Origin: a virus
Taxonomy: Duplodnaviria > Caudoviricetes
Length of the DNA: 31,681 bases
Direction: 5' to 3' (one strand)
IMG/VR virus record: IMGVR_UViG_3300044512_002190
Span: 1-31,681 of that record
Shown piece by piece: positions 25,169 to 31,681 of the stretch. The position numbers were made by a program, and so were the translations under genes. Within the stretch, counting starts at the first letter, position 1; each line of letters opens with the position of its first letter. The notes under the pieces were generated by a model that had not been told where the DNA came from, made no database searches, and saw only the letters and a program-made list of their open reading frames with translations.

Positions 25169-27187
25169 ATGGCAGACGCACCAAAAAAAGCAGTCAGAAA
25201 GAGAGCATCAAAAAAGGCAGATGTATCTGAGCGGATAATCATGCCAAGCTTCAACGAGAAGTTTCACCCATTTTTAAATGAGAAGCTCGATCCTGCACAA
25301 GTGCGTGGACTGCTTCAGTCTGCATTTACGGGTGATCCGCAAAGTTTAAATGATCTTTATTCCATCATGGAGGACACTTGGCCCCGTTTGGCTAAGAATC
25401 TGCATGAGATCAAAAAAGCAGCAGCAAGAGCGCAATACATTGTGCAGCCTTTTGCAAAACAGGGGGAAGAACCAACTCCAGCAGCACAAGATAAAGCTGA
25501 ATTTACAAGATACATAATCGACAACATGCGTCCTGTTCCCAAGCGAAATGAGAATGGGTTTGAAGATATGATTTACGATCTTTGTGATGCTGTTGGCAAA
25601 GGAGTTAGCGTTCAGGAGATAATGTGGGGGGTTGAAAATGGAAAGATATGTCCAAAGTCTTCATACTGGGTGCATCCTAAATATTGGGGTTATGATTCAT
25701 CAGGAACTGAAATCATGCTTCGTAATATTGGGACAGGTGGAGGTGGTGCTGGTGGTTATGTGGAAATGCCAGATGATAAGTTCATAGTTGGAAGATACAA
25801 AACAAGATCAGGTAATCCGTTGACTTATGGCTTCAGCAGAGTGCTTGCTTTCTGGTGGTCTGGTATGATCTTTGGGCGTCAATGGCTAATGCGTTATGCT
25901 CAGATCTTTGGAATTCCGTTACGTGTAGCTAAGTATGGCAAGAACCTTTCAGACAATGATCGAACCAGTCTTGAAGCATGGCTTCGTGATCTGGCTGCTG
26001 CTGGATATGCAATGATCCCTGAAGGATCAGAAATCCAACTTCTTGAAGCAAGCAAAGGTGGAACTGATAACCCTCAGAATCACCTGATCGATATTGCTGA
26101 TCGTGTTTGTGACATTCTTATCCTTGGGCAAACACTAACCACAGATGTTGCGGATTCAGGCTCAAGAGCCTTGGGTGATGTGCATGCAGGGGTTCGTTTG
26201 GATAACTTGCAGGATGCTTGTGATTGGGCTGCTCAGAATGTAAATGACCAGATCATACGCAAAGCAATTCTTTTTAATTATGGCAATACAGATGAAATGC
26301 CATATCTGGAAACCAAGTTTGAGTCTGCTGAAGATCCCGTTCAGATGGCAACAAGGGACCAGATACTTGTAAGCATGGGGATGGAACTTCCTCAAGATCA
26401 AATCTATGAAAGACACAAGATTCGTATTCCTGAAGCAGGTGAAGCGGTAATCAAGCAGTCAGCACCAGAACCTTCATTCTTTGGCAAAGATACAGTTCAA
26501 GCTAAGGAACCAAATGCGGATTTAAATGATCCTTTTAGGTTACCCAAAGGAGACAAAAAGAAGTTCGGGGTCTACGTTAAAAATGACAAGGGCAATACTG
26601 TTCTCGTGAAGTTCGGAGATCCTAACATGGAGATCAAACGGGATGATGATCAAAACCGTAAGAACTTTCGAAGCAGGCACAACTGCGATGATGCTGGTCC
26701 CAAGTGGAAACCACGATACTGGTCGTGCAAAATGTGGGAGAAAGGCAAGACAGTTCAGGATGTGCTTGATGCTTCAGAATGGACAGGGTTGATCGAAGAT
26801 GAAGCTGATGATTGCGGTTGTGGTGGTGATTCATTGATTCAAGCCAAGGGAATCCCTTCTCAAAATGATCGGCTAACAGAAGCAGTGATGGAGGATCTGA
26901 CAGGCGTATCTGCTGAGTGGCTTGCTCCAGCCAAACCAGCATTTGCCAAGGTTATGTCGCTTGCAATGAATGATGCTGTATCTGATGAAAAAGTCATTGA
27001 GGCAATCGGTGAACTTGCTGATGCCATGCCTGAATTATTCGAATCATTGAATCAGGATGCTTTGCAAGAATCATTGGAATCTGCAATGGGCGCTGCTGCT
27101 GCCAATGGTGCATTTGATCGACTACAATCCTTTTCCGAGGAATTTCCTGATGGTGAAAGTAGAAGTAAAAATCCCGAAGATTCTTGA
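25169..27187 (+). CDS. Portal protein, Mu gp29/DUF935 family, with an inserted C-terminal domain
   Basis: DAVGKGVSVQEIMW, YAQIFGIPLRVAKY, ILILGQTLTT, GSRALGDVH. Confidence 0.9.
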   Translation: MADAPKKAVRKRASKKADVSERIIMPSFNEKFHPFLNEKLDPAQVRGLLQSAFTGDPQSLNDLYSIMEDTWPRLAKNLHEIKKAAARAQYIVQPFAKQGEEPTPAAQDKAEFTRYIIDNMRPVPKRNENGFEDMIYDLCDAVGKGVSVQEIMWGVENGKICPKSSYWVHPKYWGYDSSGTEIMLRNIGTGGGGAGGYVEMPDDKFIVGRYKTRSGNPLTYGFSRVLAFWWSGMIFGRQWLMRYAQIFGIPLRVAKYGKNLSDNDRTSLEAWLRDLAAAGYAMIPEGSEIQLLEASKGGTDNPQNHLIDIADRVCDILILGQTLTTDVADSGSRALGDVHAGVRLDNLQDACDWAAQNVNDQIIRKAILFNYGNTDEMPYLETKFESAEDPVQMATRDQILVSMGMELPQDQIYERHKIRIPEAGEAVIKQSAPEPSFFGKDTVQAKEPNADLNDPFRLPKGDKKKFGVYVKNDKGNTVLVKFGDPNMEIKRDDDQNRKNFRSRHNCDDAGPKWKPRYWSCKMWEKGKTVQDVLDASEWTGLIEDEADDCGCGGDSLIQAKGIPSQNDRLTEAVMEDLTGVSAEWLAPAKPAFAKVMSLAMNDAVSDEKVIEAIGELADAMPELFESLNQDALQESLESAMGAAAANGAFDRLQSFSEEFPDGESRSKNPEDS

Positions 27188-27725
27188 TCAGCTTGCTGAT
27201 TCTCAAACCTATCTTGAAGCTACAAAGGTAGGTGCATTTGAGGTTTCAAATTATTTAAGAACTGAGCATTTTCCTGAGAAAAATGCAAATGAACCTAATA
27301 AACTAGGTGCAAAAAGAACTAATTTTTGGGCTGACGTTGGCAGGTCAGTTCTTCAACCATTTGTCAAAGGATTTAGTGTCATTGTAAGGATCAATGATTT
27401 TCGTTTCGCTCAAAAACTCTATGGGGGAGTAATAAAGGCAAAGAGAGTAAAATTCTTGACCATTCCAATATCAAAGCAAGCATACGACAAACGTGTGTCA
27501 GTCTTTGAGCAGGAAACAGGAAAAAGACTTTTCAGGATCAAAAGCAAAAAAGGAAATATTTTATTAGTAGAAAGCCTTGACGGGGAAATCAAACCCCACT
27601 ATTTGCTGAAACAGAGCGTCGATCAGAAGCCTAATAAAAATGCTTTACCGAGTGATAAAAAAATCGCAGAGGCATTTACCAAAGGGGCCAATGAATATAT
27701 TGAAACGCTAAAAGATCAAGAATGA
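27150..27725 (+). CDS. Mu gpG-like virion morphogenesis protein
   Basis: ATG at 27150; QKLYGGVIKAKRVKFLTIPI motif; located between portal and protease. Confidence 0.65.
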   Translation: MVKVEVKIPKILDQLADSQTYLEATKVGAFEVSNYLRTEHFPEKNANEPNKLGAKRTNFWADVGRSVLQPFVKGFSVIVRINDFRFAQKLYGGVIKAKRVKFLTIPISKQAYDKRVSVFEQETGKRLFRIKSKKGNILLVESLDGEIKPHYLLKQSVDQKPNKNALPSDKKIAEAFTKGANEYIETLKDQE

Positions 27726-28759
27726 TTACTTTTGCAAAAATCAATGCTAGTTACGGCAATGAGATTCATGTCGAGGGAAATGTGCCAGCAGATATTCAGT
27801 GGATGCCAGCAGGTGAGCATACAATCAATGCCTCCAAAGATGGCAAGCCTACAAAGTTAACCGTCACAGTTACCGAGGACATTATTGATTCTCTGAATAA
27901 GTCCCTTGAGGAAATCAAAGCTCAAGGCTTTGACACTTACATCGACTTTAATCACTCAGATGAAAATGCATCAGGATGGGTGCAGGGTTTCTTTTGGGGG
28001 GGTGATGATCCTGAACATGGAGGCATTCGTGCAAAGGTTAAGTGGTCTGCTGAAGGTGCTGAAGCTTTAAAGGGTGGAAGCTACAAGCGTTTTTCTCCTA
28101 CTTTTCTTACTGATTCTAAAGGCAAAGTTATTGGCACAACTCCAAACGCAGGAGGTTTGGTTAACCGTCCTGCCTTCAGGGAAATTGCAGCAGTCATGGC
28201 TGCTAAAGATATTTCAACTACAGATTTACGATTCGTTTCGGCCTCACAATTGCCAACCGAATCCAACGCAAAAACAAAGGAACCAAACATGTCGGAAGAC
28301 GAGAAAAAGAAAATGGAAAAGCTTGAGGCTGAAAACAAAGAGTTGCGTGAAGCAATGGATAAGCTCAAAGCTAAATATAAAGCCACTGAAGAAGAGTCTG
28401 AAAAGATGAAGCAGGAAGCAAAAGACCGATCAATCAATGATCTGGTTAATGCTGCTGTTACTTCTGGAAAACTGAATGCAAAAGATGAAAAAGCAATCGA
28501 GTCATTGAAAGCAATTGCTGCCAGTGATATGGAGAATGCTAAAACATTCATCGAGTCAATGCCTTCACAGGTAAATGCCAAAGTTGCTGAACTTACTGGC
28601 AGAATCACACCTAACAATCCTGATCAGGTCACTGCAAAAAATCCACAAGATTTAATGTTTGCTGCTGTTTCTGAAGTCAGGGCAAAGAACCCAGCAATCT
28701 CTGGTGAAGACGCCTTTCGTCTCGCCCGTGAAAGCCAACCTGACGTTTTCAAAGCTTAA
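27722..28759 (+). CDS. Mu gpI-like prohead protease with C-terminal scaffold
   Basis: YIDFNH, ASGW, VKWS..G..AL..GSYKRFSPTF and GLVNRPA motifs; coiled-coil C-terminal half. Confidence 0.88.
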   Translation: MITFAKINASYGNEIHVEGNVPADIQWMPAGEHTINASKDGKPTKLTVTVTEDIIDSLNKSLEEIKAQGFDTYIDFNHSDENASGWVQGFFWGGDDPEHGGIRAKVKWSAEGAEALKGGSYKRFSPTFLTDSKGKVIGTTPNAGGLVNRPAFREIAAVMAAKDISTTDLRFVSASQLPTESNAKTKEPNMSEDEKKKMEKLEAENKELREAMDKLKAKYKATEEESEKMKQEAKDRSINDLVNAAVTSGKLNAKDEKAIESLKAIAASDMENAKTFIESMPSQVNAKVAELTGRITPNNPDQVTAKNPQDLMFAAVSEVRAKNPAISGEDAFRLARESQPDVFKA

Positions 28760-28772
28760 CCAAGGAATTTAA

Positions 28773-29168
28773 ATGCAATACGGAATTAGTAAACAACAGT
28801 TACTCGTTACGCTTGAAGCGAACGAAGATCAAACCGACAAAGAGGGTTATGCCGTGAAGTTTTCTTCAGGCAAAGCAGCCCTTCAAACTTCACAGACTGC
28901 AGTTGATACAATCGGAGTAATCACTGACGGTGCAGCAGCAGGTAGCAAGTCAAGCGTTGCAGTTGCAGGGATTGATGCAGTCATTTATGTCAAGCTTCAT
29001 AGCACGGCAGGAACAGTAAACGCTGGAACTTTCCTCGGCACACATACTGATGGCACTTGGAAAGCTACCGCTTCGGCTAAAAACTTTGCAGCACAAGCTT
29101 TGGAATCAGGCAGCAATAGTGCCATGATTAAAGCACGTCTTCTCGACGTTTCTGGTGTGACTGCTTAA
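28773..29168 (+). CDS. Capsid decoration/cement protein
   Basis: 131 aa, Ala/Gly/Thr-rich (IGVITDGAAAG), between protease and major capsid. Confidence 0.7.
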   Translation: MQYGISKQQLLVTLEANEDQTDKEGYAVKFSSGKAALQTSQTAVDTIGVITDGAAAGSKSSVAVAGIDAVIYVKLHSTAGTVNAGTFLGTHTDGTWKATASAKNFAAQALESGSNSAMIKARLLDVSGVTA

Positions 29169-29189
29169 TCATAAAACAAAGGAAAAATA

Positions 29190-30104
29190 ATGAGTGCAAT
29201 AAGCAGCGCATCAGGAAACCCATTACTAACGTCATACGCTCAAGCGATCATTCCGGATCTTGAGTCTTCACAGGCAAATTTTATTGCCCCACAGGTTGTG
29301 GCACCCTCCGCAAGGAGTCGCTACAAGATCTACAATGAAGTCAACTCATGGCAGACTTACGAAACCCAAAGAGCAATCGGTGGACCTGCAACAAGGATTC
29401 CATGGCTTGCCTCTGACGGTCAGTTAAACCTTGAGCCTCATGCTTTGGAAAATCCCATTGATGATTTCGAGCGTGAAGACACTGCCGATCTCGTAGGATT
29501 GCAACAGAGCAAAGTTCGTTCTTTGCTTTCATCCGCAACCTTGAGCAATGAGAAGGATCTATTCACCTACATCAAAGCAAATGTATCTGCTGAAGGTGGC
29601 AAGGGAACTTGGAATGCAAGTACTGATCCTATCGAGCAGCTCGACGAGCAGTTGGTAGCATTGGAAACTGCATTGGGTCGCAGACCTAACCGCATTCTGA
29701 TGGGAACTCTTGCTTGGCAGATCATGCGTGACAACGCTAAGACTCAGGCTCGATTCAAGTCTGGTTTTGCCAGCATCACCCGTGACATGGTTAGCAATGT
29801 TCTGATCTTCCCTTGTGAAATTCAGATCGGTGGATTGATCTACAATGCAGCACAACCACAAGCTACAAAGAATAAAGCACGGAATGTCGGATCTGACGTT
29901 TTCTTGTTTTATGCCGATCAAAACCCAACGATGGAAGATCCATCATTCGCCAAGACCTTTACAACTGGTCGGGGTGGAATCACATCCGTGAGAACTTACC
30001 GTGAAGAAGGATCTCGATCTGATATTGTCGCAGTGGACTGGAACAGACAATTCGCGATCACAAACTCTGAAGGCGTCAAGCGTCTCACAGTCACCTCCAG
30101 CTAA
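29190..30104 (+). CDS. Major capsid protein
   Basis: 304 aa; NPLLTSYA, FIAPQV, DPIEQL...GRRPNRILMG; AAGGA SD; followed by a strong hairpin. Confidence 0.8.
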   Translation: MSAISSASGNPLLTSYAQAIIPDLESSQANFIAPQVVAPSARSRYKIYNEVNSWQTYETQRAIGGPATRIPWLASDGQLNLEPHALENPIDDFEREDTADLVGLQQSKVRSLLSSATLSNEKDLFTYIKANVSAEGGKGTWNASTDPIEQLDEQLVALETALGRRPNRILMGTLAWQIMRDNAKTQARFKSGFASITRDMVSNVLIFPCEIQIGGLIYNAAQPQATKNKARNVGSDVFLFYADQNPTMEDPSFAKTFTTGRGGITSVRTYREEGSRSDIVAVDWNRQFAITNSEGVKRLTVTSS

Positions 30105-30124
30105 GTCCACTAATCGCCAACCAT

Positions 30125-30156
30125 GCATGGGGTGCAGTTAATTCTGCACCCCATGC
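30125..30156 (+). terminator. 13-bp hairpin after the capsid gene (terminator or stabiliser)
   Basis: GCATGGGGTGCAG-TTAATT-CTGCACCCCATGC; the U-tract is weak. Confidence 0.6.
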
Positions 30157-30177
30157 TTACAAAATTTTAAAACAGTT

Positions 30178-30489
30178 ATGCCAAGCAGAGATTTTCCAGC
30201 CCCACTTATTCAAGCGGAAGACACCGATTTTGATGTGCTTTCCAAAATCAATTTAAGCAATGGACCTTACCGTCCAAAAGTCCTTACATCAGGCACAAGC
30301 TATACGGGGCTGAATTTGCTAGGCGTTTATTTTTATGGTGACGCGACCGTAGCAAGTGCAACGGCAACTGGAGTTGAAGGTAACCTTGCAGGAACTTATC
30401 CAGCAGGGTCTTTCTTACCTTACAACATCACTGCAATCCAAGTCACATCAACTGGACCGATTCACGGTCTGCTTGCATCAGCAACATGA
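30178..30489 (+). CDS. Small structural protein (possible head-spike base)
   Basis: 103 aa, beta-rich, YPAGSFLP motif, located after the capsid gene. Confidence 0.5.
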   Translation: MPSRDFPAPLIQAEDTDFDVLSKINLSNGPYRPKVLTSGTSYTGLNLLGVYFYGDATVASATATGVEGNLAGTYPAGSFLPYNITAIQVTSTGPIHGLLASAT

Positions 30490-30650
30490 GTCTTTTCGGG
30501 TTAGGTTTTGCAATCATTGACATTCTGCGACAAGCAGGATCAGAGGCTATTAGTCAGGAAGGCACTTACAACCCAATTGAAACACAAATCAGCGAACAAT
30601 TAATAATCACTGATGACGGCACGGTGATTCATGCCTTCAGCGAAGATTAA
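30486..30650 (+). CDS. Small protein missed by the ORF track
   Basis: ATGA-coupled 54 aa: MSLFGLGFAIIDILRQAGSEAISQEGTYNPIETQISEQLIITDDGTVIHAFSED. Confidence 0.65.
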   Translation: MSLFGLGFAIIDILRQAGSEAISQEGTYNPIETQISEQLIITDDGTVIHAFSED

Positions 30651-30663
30651 CCATTTTTAAAAG

Positions 30664-31681
30664 ATGCCAACTTACATAAGAGTCAAGGATTTACCAAACA
30701 GTGCAAGCAGCCTTAACGCTGATGATTACATCATGCTTTCAGGCTCAATTGCTGGAGCCAGAAAAATAGAAAAAGCAGATTTCTTGGCGACTGTAGCTGA
30801 TGAATTTAATGCTGCTCCAAGCACGTATAAACTTGCGACATTAGATGCTGCGAACAAGGTAAACATCAGCCAACTTCCTGCATCAGCTTTTAGTTATCAA
30901 GGGACATGGGCTGCTTCGACTAATACGCCAACTCTCGCCAACGGATCAGGAACAGCAGGATACACCTACTACGCATCTGATTCTGGTTCTGTAAATTTTG
31001 GAGCAGGATCAATTAGTTTCACTGCTGGTGATGCCGTAGTTTATGATGGATCGATCTGGCAAAAAGTCCCTGATGTTGCAAACATTCTTGATGGAAAAGG
31101 CACGGTTGATGAAGGGAAAACCACGCTCCAGATCCCTGACGTAGGCACCGCAGCAAACGAGGTTCCGCTCAACGGAATGCTGGGGACTATGGCATTCCAG
31201 TCGTCGGCCGCAGTGACCGTCGATGACCTCACTGTTGACGGAGAGCTTATCGCAGCAGTCGGCAAGCCAATGCCAGTCAATGGCCCGACGATGCGGTTTG
31301 ATGGGGTTGACGACGAGATTAGGTTTGCGGCATCTGTTGGCTCGCCTTTCAGCTACACCAATGGAACGGACGACTTAGCTTTCGCGGTGGCTGGCTGGTG
31401 TAAGTTGGCAAGCGGCTGGAACACTGACCAAAGAACTTTACTCAGCAAATTTGACAGCAGTACATCACTTCGCGAATGGAGAGTTTATCTTGATACTAAT
31501 TACAGAATCTACGCCGAAAAACGAGGTAACGGTACCGTTAGCGGCTCATCCGATTTAATTAGAACTATCAGCAATGCTCTGACAGACATCGATGATAAGT
31601 GGATGCATATATGCGTGGTTTGGCCGCCTGCTGGACCTAATTCTGCTGATGCTTTTACCAGTGCCAAAGCCTACATATATG
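30664..31681 (+). CDS. Fiber protein with LamG domain (3' truncated; absent from ORF track)
   Basis: Open for 339 codons to the window end: MPTYIRVKDLP, YQGTWAASTNTPTL...GDAVVYDGSIWQKV, then LamG-like FDGVDDEI...AVAGWCK...WMHICVV. Confidence 0.85.
   Translation, partial: MPTYIRVKDLPNSASSLNADDYIMLSGSIAGARKIEKADFLATVADEFNAAPSTYKLATLDAANKVNISQLPASAFSYQGTWAASTNTPTLANGSGTAGYTYYASDSGSVNFGAGSISFTAGDAVVYDGSIWQKVPDVANILDGKGTVDEGKTTLQIPDVGTAANEVPLNGMLGTMAFQSSAAVTVDDLTVDGELIAAVGKPMPVNGPTMRFDGVDDEIRFAASVGSPFSYTNGTDDLAFAVAGWCKLASGWNTDQRTLLSKFDSSTSLREWRVYLDTNYRIYAEKRGNGTVSGSSDLIRTISNALTDIDDKWMHICVVWPPAGPNSADAFTSAKAYIY

Noticed and set aside
28081-28617. 178-aa minus-strand ORF and other short antisense ORFs in the track
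   Set aside because: They are shadows of well-supported plus-strand genes, with no motifs or expression signals.
1-31681. Exact circular closure joining the last ORF to the first
   Set aside because: A direct join would read into frame 3, whereas the first ORF is in frame 2, and no terminal overlap is visible. Some sequence is missing.
1-31681. Transposable (Mu-like) or integrating lifestyle; tRNAs; CRISPR; DGR
   Set aside because: No transposase, integrase, reverse transcriptase, tRNA cloverleaf or regularly spaced repeat-spacer array was recognised. The early-region repeats are separated by whole genes.

Overview
The window is most of a ~32+ kb tailed dsDNA phage genome, with nearly all genes on the + strand. 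It appears to be opened inside a fiber/receptor-binding gene region, since LamG-type fiber ORFs run off both ends. Gene order: fiber C-terminus and chaperone; holin-like and lipoprotein (spanin-like) genes; Mu gp36-like adaptor and a sheath-less tail module with a short tape measure and a 1255-aa Cys-rich protein; a lone minus-strand GT4 glycosyltransferase; an early region (DUF932, SleB-type hydrolase, RHH, annealing-like protein, 3'-5' exonuclease, wHTH, PD-(D/E)xK nucleases, replication initiator, DnaA-CTD, MazG, SSB-like); then gpF-like, ParB-methyltransferase, terminase, DUF935 portal, gpG-like, Mu-like protease/scaffold, decoration protein and major capsid. No integrase, transposase, tRNA or CRISPR array was recognised. 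The most notable content is non-coding RNA-level control in the early region. This comprises a complete type II hammerhead ribozyme directly after the DUF932 stop codon, a duplicated promoter/cUUCGg-hairpin scaffold carrying different cargo genes, two similarly built ~85-nt antisense RNA units, and a recurrent AACAGA start-associated motif. Protein calls come from motif recognition by eye; no database searches were run.
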